Positions 1 through 12,800 of a stretch of DNA of 64,000 nt are shown piece by piece. Origin of the DNA: Balanoglossus misakiensis (lineage: Eukaryota > Animalia > Hemichordata). How positions within the stretch are numbered: position 1 is the stretch's first letter; the number at the start of each line of letters is the position of its first letter. The stretch covers positions 2,733,124 to 2,797,123 of the forward strand of contig CM082586.2 in assembly GCA_040954595.2 (NCBI GenBank), given 5' to 3'. The translations under genes were made by a program, and so were the position numbers. The notes beneath the pieces were generated by a model. That model was not told where the DNA came from, did not search any database, and worked only from the letters and a program-made list of their open reading frames with translations.

Positions 1-3000
1 TGATTTTTCGCAAAGTCGAAAAATTGTCATTTTTGGATGATTTTCATGAGCTATAACCCATGGTTTTTTAAAAAAAATGAAGAAATTTTGATTTTTCGCA
101 AAGTCGAAAAATTGTCATTTCTGGATGATTTTCATGAGCTATAACCCATGGTTTTTTCAAAAAAATGAAGAAATTTTGATTTTTCGCAAAGTCGAAAAAT
201 TGTCATTTTTGGATGATTTTCATGAGCTATAACCCATGGTTTTTTTAAAAAAAATGAAGAAATTTTGATTTTTCGCAAAGTCGAAAAATTGTCATTTTTG
301 GATGATTTTCATGAGCTATAACCCATGGTTTTTTCAAAAAAATGAAGAAATTTTGATATTTCGCAAAGTCGAAAAATTGTCATTTTTGGATGATTTTCAT
401 GAGCTATAACCCATGGTTTTTTTAAAAAAATGAAGAAATTTTGATTTTTCGCAAAGTCGAAAAATTGTCATTTTGGATGATTTTCATGAGCTATAACCCA
501 TGGTTTTTTCAAAAAAATGAAGAAATTTTGATTTTTCGCAAAGTCGAAAAATTGTCATTTTTGGATGATTTTCATGAACTATAACCCATGGTTTTTTCAA
601 AAAAATGAAGAAATTTTGATTTTTCGCAAAGTCGAAAAATTGTCATTTTTGGATGATTTTCATGAGCTATAACCCATGGTTTTTTCAAAAAAATGAAGAA
701 ATTTTGATTTTTCGCAAAGTCGAAAAATTGTCATTTTTGGATGATTTTCATGAGCTATAACCCATGGTTTTTTCAAAAAAATGAAGAAATTTTGATTTTT
801 CGCAAAGTCGAAAAATTGTCATTTTTGGATGATTTTCATGAGCTAAAACCCATGGTTTTTTCAAAAAAATGAAGAAATTTTGATTTTTCGCAAAGTCGAA
901 AAATTGTCATTTTTGGATGATTTTCATGAGCTATAACCCATGGTTTTTTAAAAAAAATGAAGAAATTTTGATTTTTCGCAAAGTCGAAAAATTGTCATTT
1001 TTGGATGATTTTCATGAGCTATAACCCATGGTTTTTTCAAAAAAATGAAGAAATTTTGATATTTCGCAAAGTCGAAAAATTGTCATTTTTGGATGATTTT
1101 CATGAGCTATAACCCATGGTTTTTTCAAAAAAATGAAGAAATTTTGATATTTCGCAAAGTCGAAAAATTGTCATTTTTGGATGATTTTCATGAGCTATAA
1201 CCCATGGTTTTTTCAAAAAAATGAAGAAATTTTGATTTTTCGCAAAGTCGAAAAATTGTCATTTTTGGATGATTTTCATGAGCTATAACCCATGGTTTTT
1301 TCAAAAAAATGAAGAAATTTTGATTTTTCGCAAAGTCGAAAAATTGTCATTTTTGGATGATTTTCATGAGCTATAACCCATGGTTTTTTCAAAAAAATGA
1401 AGAAATTTTGATATTTCGCAAAGTCGAAAAATTGTCATTTTTGGATGATTTTCATGAGCTATAACCCATGGTTTTTTAAAAAAAATGAAGAAATTTTGAT
1501 TTTTCGCAAAGTCGAAAAATTGTCATTTTTGGATGATTTTCATGAGCTATAACCCATGGTTTTTTCAAAAAAATGAAGAAATTTTGATTTTTCGCAAAGT
1601 CGAAAAATTGTCATTTTGGATGATTTTCATGAGCTATAGCCCATGGTTTTTTCAAAAAAATGAAGAAATTTTGATTTTTCGCAAAGTCGAAAAATTGTCA
1701 TTTTTGGATGATTTTCATGAGCTATAACCCATGGTTTTTTCAAAAAAATGAAGAAATTTTGATTTTTCGCAAAGTCGAAAAATTGTCATTTTTGGATGAT
1801 TTTCATGAGCTATAACCCATGGTTTTTTCAAAAAAATGAAGAAATTTTGATTTTTCGCAAAGTCGAAAAATTGTCATTTTTGGATGATTTTCATGAGCTA
1901 TAACCCATGGTTTTTTCAAAAAAATGAAGAAATTTTGATATTTCGCAAAGTCGAAAAATTGTCATTTTTGGATGATTTTCATGAGCTATAACCCATGGTT
2001 TTTTAAAAAAAATGAAGAAATTTTGATTTTTCGCAAAGTCGAAAAATTGTCATTTTTGGATGATTTTCATGAGCTATAACCCATGGTTTTTTCAAAAAAA
2101 TGAAGAAATTTTGATTTTTCGCAAAGTCGAAAAATTGTCATTTTGGATGATTTTCATGAGCTATAGCCCATGGTTTTTTCAAAAAAATGAAGAAATTTTG
2201 ATTTTTCGCAAAGTCGAAAAATTGTCATTTTTGGATGATTTTCATGAGCTATAACCCATGGTTTTTTCAAAAAAATGAAGAAATTTTGATTTTTCGCAAA
2301 GTCGATAAATTGTCATTTTTGGATGATTTTCATGAGCTATAACCCATGGTTTTTTCAAAAAAATGAAGAAATTTTGATTTTTCGCAAAGTCGAAAAATTG
2401 TCATTTTTGGATGATTTTCATGAGCTATAACCCATGGTTTTTTCAAAAAAATGAAGAAATTTTGATTTTTCGCAAAGTCGAAAAATTGTCATTTTTGGAT
2501 GATTTTCATGAGCTATAACCCATGGTTTTTCAAAAAAATGAAGAAATTTTGATTTTTCGCAAAGTCGAAAAATTGTCATTTTTGGATGATTTTCATGAGC
2601 TATAACCCATGGTTTTTTCAAAAAAATGAAGAAATTTTGATATTTCGCAAAGTCGAAAAATTGTCATTTTTGGATGATTTTCATGAGCTATAACCCATGG
2701 TTTTTTCAAAAAAATGAAGAAATTTTGATATTTCGCAAAGTCGAAAAATTGTCATTTTTGGATGATTTTCATGAGCTATAACCCATGGTTTTTTCAAAAA
2801 AATGAAGAAATTTTGATATTTCGCAAAGTCGAAAAATTGTCATTTTTGGATGATTTTCATGAGCTATAACCCATGGTTTTTTCAAAAAAATGAAGAAATT
2901 TTGATTTTTCGCAAAGTCGAAAAATTGTCATTTTTGGATGATTTTCATGAGCTATAACCCATGGTTTTTTCAAAAAAATGAAGAAATTTTGATTTTTCGC

Positions 3001-5920
3001 AAAGTCGAAAAATTGTCATTTTTGGATGATTTTCATGAGCTATTACCCATGGTTTTTTCAAAAAAATGAAGAAATTTTGATTTTTCGCAAAGTCGAAAAA
3101 TTGTCATTTTTGGATGATTTTCATGAGCTATAACCCATGGTTTTTTCAAAAAAATGAAGAAATTTTGATTTTTCGCAAAGTCGAAAAATTGTCATTTTTG
3201 GATGATTTTCATGAGCTATAACCCATGGTTTTTTCAAAAAAATGAAGAAATTTTGATTTTTCGCAAAGTCGAAAAATTGTCATTTTTGGATGATTTTCAT
3301 GAGCTATAACCCATGGTTTTTTCAAAAAAATGAAGAAATTTTGATTTTTCGCAAAGTCGAAAAATTGTCATTTTTGGATGATTTTCATGAGCTATAACCC
3401 ATGGTTTTTTCAAAAAAATGAAGAAATTTTGATTTTTCGCAAAGTCGAAAAATTGTCATTTTTGGATGATTTTCATGAGCTATTACCCATGGTTTTTTCA
3501 AAAAAATGAAGAAATTTTGATTTTTCGCAAAGTCGAAAAATTGTCATTTTTGGATGATTTTCATGAGCTATAACCCATGGTTTTTTCAAAAAAATGAAGA
3601 AATTTTGATTTTTCGCAAAGTCGAAAAATTGTCATTTTTGGATGATTTTCATGAGCTATAACCCATGGTTTTTTCAAAAAAATGAAGAAATTTTGATTTT
3701 TCGCAAAGTCGAAAAATTGTCATTTTTGGATGATTTTCATGAGCTATAACCCATGGTTTTTTCAAAAAAATGAAGAAATTTTGATTTTTCGCAAAGTCGA
3801 AAAATTGTCATTTTTGGATGATTTTCATGAGCTATAACCCATGGTTTTTTCAAAAAAATGAAGAAATTTTGATTTTTCGCAAAGTCGAAAAATTGTCATT
3901 TTTGGATGATTTTCATGAGCTATAACCCATGGTTTTTTCAAAAAAATGAAGAAATTTTGATTTTTCGCAAAGTCGAAAAATTGTCATTTTTGGATGATTT
4001 TCATGAGCTATAACCCATGGTTTTTTCAAAAAAATGAAGAAATTTTGATTTTTCGCAAAGTCGAAAAATTGTCATTTTTGGATGATTTTCATGAGCTATA
4101 ACCCATGGTTTTTTCAAAAAAATGAAGAAATTTTGATTTTTCGCAAAGTCGAAAAATTGTCATTTTTGGATGATTTTCATGAGCTATTACCCATGGTTTT
4201 TTCAAAAAAATGAAGAAATTTTGATTTTTCGCAAAGTCGAAAAATTGTCATTTTTGGATGATTTTCATGAGCTATAACCCATGGTTTTTCAAAAAAATGA
4301 AGAAATTTTGATTTTTCGCAAAGTCGAAAAATTGTCATTTTGGATGATTTTCATGAGCTATAACCCATGGTTTTTTCAAAAAAATGAAGAAATTTTGATT
4401 TTTCGCAAAGTCGAAAAATTGTCATTTTTGGATGATTTTCATGAGCTATAACCCATGGTTTTTTCAAAAAAATGAAGAAATTTTGATTTTTCGCAAAGTC
4501 GAAAAATTGTCATTTTTGGATGATTTTCATGAGCTATAACCCATGGTTTTTTCAAAAAAATGAAGAAATTTTGATTTTTCGCAAAGTCGAAAAATTGTCA
4601 TTTTTGGATGATTTTCATGAGCTATAACCCATGGTTTTTTCAAAAAAATGAAGAAATTTTGATTTTTCGCAAAGTCGAAAAATTGTCATTTTTGGATGAT
4701 TTTCATGAGCTATAACCCATGGTTTTTTCAAAAAAATGAAGAAATTTTGATTTTTCGCAAAGTCGAAAAATTGTCATTTTTGGATGATTTTCATGAGCTA
4801 TAACCCATGGTTTTTTCAAAAAAATGAAGAAATTTTGATTTTTCGCAAAGTCGAAAAATTGTCATTTTTGGATGATTTTCATGAGCTATAACCCATGGTT
4901 TTTTCAAAAAAATGAAGAAATTTTGATTTTTCGCAAAGTCGAAAAATTGTCATTTTTGGATGATTTTCATGAGCTATAACCCATGGTTTTTTCAAAAAAA
5001 TGAAGAAATTTTGATTTTTCGCAAAGTCGAAAAATTGTCATTTTTGGATGATTTTCATGAGCTATTACCCATGGTTTTTTCAAAAAAATGAAGAAATTTT
5101 GATTTTTCGCAAAGTCGAAAAATTGTCATTTTTGGATGATTTTCATGAGCTATAACCCATGGTTTTTTCAAAAAAATGAAGAAATTTTGATTTTTCGCAA
5201 AGTCGAAAAATTGTCATTTTTGGATGATTTTCATGAGCTATAACCCATGGTTTTTTCAAAAAAATGAAGAAATTTTGATTTTTCGCAAAGTCGAAAAATT
5301 GTCATTTTTGGATGATTTTCATGAGCTATAACCCATGGTTTTTTCAAAAAAATGAAGAAATTTTGATTTTTCGCAAAGTCGAAAAATTGTCATTTTGGGT
5401 GATTTTCATGAGCTATAACCCATGGTTTTTTCAAAAAAATGAAGAAATTTTGATTTTTCGCAAAGTCGAAAAATTGTCATTTTTGGATGATTTTCATGAG
5501 CTATAACCCATGGTTTTTTCAAAAAAATGAAGAAATTTTGATTTTTCGCAAAGTCGAAAAATTGTCATTTTTGGATGATTTTCATGAGCTATAACCCATG
5601 GTTTTTTCAAAAAAATGAAGAAATTTTGATTTTTCGCAAAGTCGAAAAATTGTCATTTTTGGATGATTTTCATGAGCTATAACCCATGGTTTTTTCAAAA
5701 AAATGAAGAAATTTTGATTTTTCGCAAAGTCGAAAAATTGTCATTTTTGGATGATTTTCATGAGCTATAACCCATGGTTTTTTTCAAAAAAATGAAGAAA
5801 TTTTGATATTTCGCAAAGTCGAAAAATTGTCATTTTTGGATGATTTTCATGAGCTATAACCCATGGTTTTTTCAAAAAAATGAAGAAATTTTGATTTTTC
5901 GCAAAGTCGAAAAATTGTCA
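1..5920. repeat. 88-bp tandem satellite array, about 67 copies, truncated by window start
   Basis: Unit TGATTTTTCGCAAAGTCGAAAAATTGTCATTTTTGGATGATTTTCATGAGCTATAACCCATGGTTTTTTCAAAAAAATGAAGAAATTT repeats head-to-tail with rare substitutions and homopolymer indels. It ends abruptly at ...AAAATTGTCA (5920). Confidence 0.99.
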
Positions 5921-6828
5921 ATTTCTTCATTTCTTCGACCCCTGGACACCACAAACAGTCAGCATAAAAACTCTCACTCTGATACAATATCAACTAAGAC
6001 ACGCAACGACACATGTCAACAATGACTTCATTTTATTGATAACCATTTTCTACATCTATATGTATATGAATAATGTACGTATACATACATACACATACTT
6101 CATGTACAAATACTTATGCATGCATGCACGTAAACGTAGGTATTAACGTGTATTACGTCATTCGCAGGCTCAATACAAGTTCATACATATAACTGAAACG
6201 TATTAGAAACCTGTCGCATATTATATCCTGGGTTTTCTGGATCTTCGACTTCGGACTTCAATACAATGGAAAGAATATGTGCATAGAGTCATAATGCATG
6301 TAGATTTTTTCTGGTGTCAGACATTTTATATTGAAAACTCTTCATCCGTAAATATAAAAAAATGCTTTATGGCCGACTTAGGCCGGCCCCTACTCTTATA
6401 TTTAGACGCAGTCCAATAAAGCAATTGCACTATAAAAATGACATTGGTCCAGTGGACCTCTGATTGGTTGATTGTGTAAGAACTTTGACACTGACAAGAA
6501 AAAAATCGATGACATACCAGGCGAAATGGCTTGTCCAGGCCTAAGGCTGGTCCTAAATTTCTTTTCAAAACAAACAAGATCTGAAAGAAATCTTTGCTAC
6601 TATTGCGAAAATATACCCATGAATCATGACACATGTATATATAAAAAAAGTTCAATAACTGGATATTACTACACATTAACTTCTTCGATATTATCAGATA
6701 ATCTCTATTTATCAAGGTAAAAAAATTCTTCATCTACTTACACTACACATACACACGATTTGCTATAGTACATCCGCAAAACCTGAAAAGGGTCACATAA
6801 ACTATTCGGGGGGGAGGGGTGGGGTGAA

Positions 6829-9800
6829 CTACACTTGCTGCGCGTTGCCGGCCGGTTGGCCATCAATGGCGGCCTGCGCACGCGCCCTGGCAGCTTCTTT
6901 CTGGGCTCTCTTGTAGGCCTTTCTGTATCTCTTCGGTGGTGGCGGGCAGCAGTAACAATACAAGCAGACTATGCTGAGGACGACGAGGATGATAGCACAG
7001 AGAATGCTGACGACGATGTCCACCACGCTCAGCGTACTAAACGGCTTCGACTTACCTGGGAACAGAGAAAATAATGAAGTGTTAAGGTTACCCAGCCATC
7101 GTTAATACTGACAATCTCCAGCTGTGGAAAGGCAGCGCAGCGCTGAATGGTCGGGCGATGTGCTAATTACGTGGTGCTAATTAACACAAGTAAATTAGCA
7201 TATCGCTCCACCATCTGCGTTTCCACAACTGTGAATGGAGGGGCACATATTTATACACCAGAACTGTAAAGTATATCAAAGTTTCATGATTCGCTGAAAC
7301 AGGGAGTGAGGAACTATTTGATTTCTGGGGGTGGTGGATTTTTGGAAGAAAAAGATTAGTGGCCGATGGTACTGAGGGAAAAATTCTTCCGCGATGCCTT
7401 GAGAGTAAAAAGTAGAACTTACAACAGGGGGAAAATGTTGTAACACTGGCTGAAAAAAATTTGCTGGCATACCCAAATCCTCCCCTCCCCAGAAATCAAA
7501 TGGTTCGCCCCTAAACATCCAGTCATCACTTACTGACAACACAGACTTCGTCCGATTCGTCACTGCCGTCACGGCAGTCTCTCCGGCCATCGCACGCTTC
7601 GTCACCTCTGATTTCGTCATCGCTTCTTCCCGAACACCGGAACGGGCAGGATCTGTCTGGATTACCACAGGAAGAATATCCTATACATAAATACTTACTC
7701 AGACAAGTTGCTGCCTATTCTCATGAAAGGAAAGTCTCGCATAAATTTAACAAACAAAATATCTGGCAGCTGAATAGCTGATCATAGTACTTTTGGCCAG
7801 TTTATCAGTATTTTCCTGTTTGTCAACCCCAGTTTCTTGTTATACACACTGGAGCTTGCGAACGCTCACTATTCTGCTTTTCAACACGATAGAAGTGATT
7901 GAAACAGACTTAACATTTCTGTGACAAACTTACTTCTTGTGAATCTGTAGTCTTCATCTGATCCGGCGAAACAATTCTGCACTCTGTCACAAGTCAATGA
8001 GTTATCGATGCACATCGATACATCGCCGTTTAGATTGTCTTGGCAAACAAAACAGCTGTCATCTAAAACAACAAAGATACTTTTAGTGGGATTCGAGCGG
8101 GGTGTCTTGGCAAGGATTTCAAACGCTGGGTTAGACTCCACTCGTTTGTCCATGGTTCGGAAGTAAAGTACGGCACCCAAAACACGCCCTCTGGTGTCGA
8201 CACTTCAACATTGATGGTTATACTGGACTCTTGTTGGTAATTCTTACTTTACCCAAAATAGCCTTTGCATGCACCGTCAGAACTCATTCAAATTTTTCTT
8301 AAGATTGGAAAAGATATTTCTCTTTGACAAAAATGGTCTTCCATTCGTTTAATTACAACTACATGCAACACTAATCTCACCTACCTTCCTTGTCAGTGAA
8401 AATGACGTATTTGAGTACAAATCTGATGTCTCCCTGTATTGTCGTATGGCTTATTATCAACTGCAAGGTGTTACCCTCCGTGTGGTATGGTTTCATCCAA
8501 TCCGGTGGAGTGTCGCTTTCTAGGACTTCCCCACACAACATTTTAGGGGAGGTCAACTTCTTGCCTGCAGTGGGGTCGTTCAAGACCAGCGACCCGTACC
8601 TGCAGTCGGCGTTTTGCACCGGGAAATAAAAAGTCTGATCGGCGAATACGAAGGCGATGCGTTTATCGTCCGGCGCGCTCAGCGTCACTGTGCAGTTGGC
8701 GACCGCGTCCCCGGTCTGCCGTATGTTCACCGTGATGGTCCCGGCCGAAGCGTCTATCTCCTCCACTTTGGCAGTGTTCAATTTGCACTCGTCGATTTTG
8801 ACTGAAAAAAGAAAATAGTTAAAAGAAGTCATTTTCAGCAACCATGGGTCACGCGTTTGCTCAATTCAAAGAAAAACGAATTTGTAGATTCAAAAAATAA
8901 CCATGAACCCACAGACTAATTTATATCGACTAAAAGCTTTTTTTAGTTCATTAACATTCAGGTCGACTGACGGTAAAGCCTTTACAGCTCGTGACCTGAA
9001 TCTAGTACCTGTTCGTGGCGCATGTAGAAATATTCGGGTTAATGCTTCTCATATTATAACGCGACGACCAAATAATCAGAATATTCTCTTCACTCGTTAA
9101 CCTGGATATGGTTTGCCCTAGAAAATTCATTCACACAGACTCACGATTTCTGTCATGAATTATTCAAATCAGGACGTAATGGTCACGGGGTCACTCTGAG
9201 TTACCTTATCGTCTCTTCTGTCTGACAGCGCCCATTTAATCAGATTAAATATGGAAGTTCACGCACCACTTGCAAGCATTATAACATGGAACTGGGGCGA
9301 TATATACGTGTACTGAAATAGTGTTTTAGCGTCTTAGGATCAGCAGACCATCCCTGTCATGCATAGACTCACACCATAAGGAACGAGAGAAGAAATAAGC
9401 TGAGAACAGGGCGGCGTATGTTCATCAGATTTTTATTTTTTCTCTTCTCACTTTTTATGTAACGCCAAATCAAAATTGGCAACCAGTGAGGCAAATTCAC
9501 ATATTAAATTGCAATTGATTATTGTGAATAATGTGATAACCAAATGACGGATAATTGGCAGTGGGTTGTATTGTGCCAGAGAAAATAAGATTAGCGATCG
9601 CTACTGTTTGAATAAACTGAATAAACTTGGAATTTTGTTAATAGCAGTGATTAAAGTGCGCAGTCAACATTTCGAAACGTACAGACGACCCCTTGCTGTG
9701 CGACTTAAGAGGGACTGCACTTATCCGCATGGTCGGCGAGGAAATGACTTCACAAGGAAGCAGTTTCAGGCGAAAACAATTCAGAGATTTCAAATACATG

Positions 9801-12800
9801 TACATGTAAATAATTGATAAACAACTCGAACGATAAGAGTACGAACATCCTTTCTCTCCGGTAAGTACTCAACGTGATATGCAAACGCCAAAAGCAAATG
9901 TACCGAGGTAGAACCATAGTTATTCGATAAGAATAAAATATTAATCTGGGATATTTGACGCGTTGTATCGATAAGTCAATAAACCTAATCCAATTTGACA
10001 GCACTGAATTGTGTTCTGGTGCAGACCTTGAACAATACACACATTTTTTAAAGTTCCAACTGGGAACGAAATCGAAGCAGATATTTATCACTACAGGAAT
10101 CACTGGTGCTTTTCGGTAGCATATGTCACGTACACAATGAATTTGTCTTGATGTTTGACAGGGTTATCGATTACACTGCAAGAAACATGCAAATTCATTT
10201 ACTGCCTTGAATCGGTGAATTTTGCGTTCGTGGGTGAATTTCTTCGTGAATTTGACAGATAAACCAGTTGATGTTCAGTGTGCTGAGAGTTTCCACCTTC
10301 GTTATTTATTGTCAGGTAAAATTCAACGTTAAAAGACAATCACGTTTTAATCACGAGCTTTCTTACACTTGAATCGGGTACTGTAAACAGACAGCAAAGC
10401 ATGTACACGATATAGAAGCCATTCAACAGAACATTGACCACAAATCAACGTGACTTCCCGCGATTGCATCAACAGTCCATGCCGGCGGCGCAAAGCTTTC
10501 TCTTTCCTGTTTAAACAAGCAACTGACGTCACATGCAAATCCTGAAAGGATGAAACCGCACGTGCCATGGAAACCAGAGTTGCTTAGAAACTGACAGGTG
10601 AGTTAAGAGAGTCAAGATCGTGTTCAATGCCAACAGCGAGAGTAATTCTGGAACAAAGTTCCGCGCCAGACTCGCGAAGGGATTAATGCCCCACGAGCTT
10701 CATACGATGGGATTGGTATAAGTCCCCCCCCCCCCCTTTAACGGTCAACGACCATCGTCTGCTGTGCCTAGAAACTCGCTTTGCCGCTAAAACGATGCAT
10801 CCTGAAGCTATATGCTGGCTCCTAGGTGACGTCAGAATAAAGAGATGTGCAATCAATCACTAAAGCACACGACACGTACGTTGTGCGTGCAAAGAATACG
10901 AAATGCAATCCTTACAGCAAGAATTCGATGGGTGTGTAAAACTATCCATTAGAAAATTTTAAAACACAATTCCTACATTTTCTCTTATTTTTTGTCGAAT
11001 CGATACAAGAGGCAGTAAAAATCATCCCCTAAGCACGGACAGAGATATATTCTTGGACTATTAAAATGAAATTGTTCCAGGTTATAAGCAGAGGTAATTT
11101 TATTTCAAACATGGCGGTCTGAATCACGATTTGGTTGTGATTATAAAGATAATTGAGCAGTGACACATCGTCTCCCTGTTCGTTCATGCCCGTGGGTGTA
11201 ATGATATAATTTCCCAACAGAATTTTGCCTATAATGATCAAGTAAAATGGATGTATCTTACAATGTCCACGGATAACAGTTTCCGATTTCTTTAAGAATT
11301 GTTTTTTTTTTATTTCAACTGCGTGTACGTGTCGATTGAGATAATTCGGTGATTTGTTCATACGTCATGCATGACTGTCTTGTCGCTGTGTCATCCGCAC
11401 GCATCAGTAAAATGTACATGAAAAGAGACAAGGAAACGCGCCGCTCGCGCTTATCTGCGTCATTCACACCACAGTATGCCTCCATCATGTCGGTTTCACT
11501 ACTGCGTCCTGTCGATTTCAACGACAGGCCGCGCTGAAATGGACACCGAGAGATGACAGCGACACAGACGTTTAATATCCAGGATTTCTCCCACCTGGTG
11601 CCCTTGTTGTCAATAAAACGCACGATTGACATTTTGGACGCAGAGCTGAGTCGAGAACGTGAAATGTCAGGAGAACGCGCCTGTCGTGTTTTTTCTCTCC
11701 ATCTTGCGTGCATTAATAGCACAGGCAGATATATCCCTGTCATCCATCAACGTCGACCTTGCCTGTACTAGTAGATGTTAGATTATAAAAAAGCATCAGC
11801 GCTTGAGCGAATGGCCAATTTAACAACGGGGTTGGTTTTACAAGGAAGGTAATAATGCCACTCGAAATGCCCTGATAGCAGTTCTTCAGTCCCCGAAGCC
11901 ATTTTTCAATCTAGATCTCTTAGAAACACCTGTGAAGATGCCTTTCTTGGGGTTTAATGTGTGCCATTCTGAAAGCTCTCCGCTTCAATCCATTATGTTC
12001 AGTCCTAATAATGTCGCGTTTGCAGACACTCTCAAGTGAAAGTGCGTGGGATGTCTGAAAAACAAGGGTCTGAGATCACGCAGGTTGAACGTGGGAAGAG
12101 ACAGAAAACTGTACTGTTCTGAATTGATGACACAAAAGTGTCGGATAAAAGTGTCTGAAGCCCTGTCCCTTTGAGAACGAAATTATTGGGATTCGGCTAG
12201 TAAAACGGAGAACGTTTCCTGGCATTTTCTTTTGATTCCCCTACGAAAGGACTTTGAATTGCACCGAGCACATGGTTGGACACAGCATGGTATATAATCG
12301 CGGAGACATTTATTCCTTCGTGCTGTAAAACTTTCGATAAAACGGAATGCTTAATTATAATCAAGGTTTATATGCGCAATCTCTGTGACCAGTCTAAGGT
12401 TCCATCGTAAGGTGTTATAAAATAAACGAATAAAATGGAATCTTGTTTGCGATTCGTGTGCCAACAGTTATGTGTGGTCAATCGACCAATAGGCAGCGTC
12501 GTTTCTCCTGTAAAGATGTATTTCAAATTATAATTGACCTCGACAATACACACAATTCCGGGAATTATACAGGCCTAGCACAGATAAGGGTCAAATATCA
12601 CGAACAGTGGCGAATTTACATTAAATGCTCGTCAGACATTCACATTAACTGCTAATCAAACATTGCTAATTGGTCTAACTCTTAATAGGTTTATTAGTAT
12701 GTTTGTTTTATCAACTAAATTCATATGAAAACACACTGGTAGGACAATCAGTGCGTTTTCACTGTCGACTAATTATGCACTAGATGACGCTGGCAGAGAT

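Noticed and set aside
7-23. CENP-B box in the satellite (TTCGCAAAGTCGAAA)
   Set aside because: The spacing between TTCG and CG is 6 rather than 7, and the CGGG end is absent.
1-5920. CRISPR array or coding repeat (ORFs at 1533, 2060, 2418, 5312, 5840)
   Set aside because: There are no unique spacers and no cas genes. The ORFs arise from 1-bp indels in an 88-bp unit that is not a multiple of 3.
6326-6733. 135-aa and 82-aa ORFs
   Set aside because: They lie in the AT-rich 3' UTR of the CUB-LDLa gene and have no recognisable domain.
7276-7668. 130-aa ORF
   Set aside because: It is a wrong-frame read of the LDLa exon running into intron and MITE sequence.
9205-9221. 17-nt microexon linking the 9.4-kb exon to the CUB exon
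   Set aside because: It contains an in-frame TAA in the required phase.
11029-11771. Several 60-140 aa overlapping ORFs in the large intron
   Set aside because: They show no motifs or splice-consistent structure and are of a size expected by chance.
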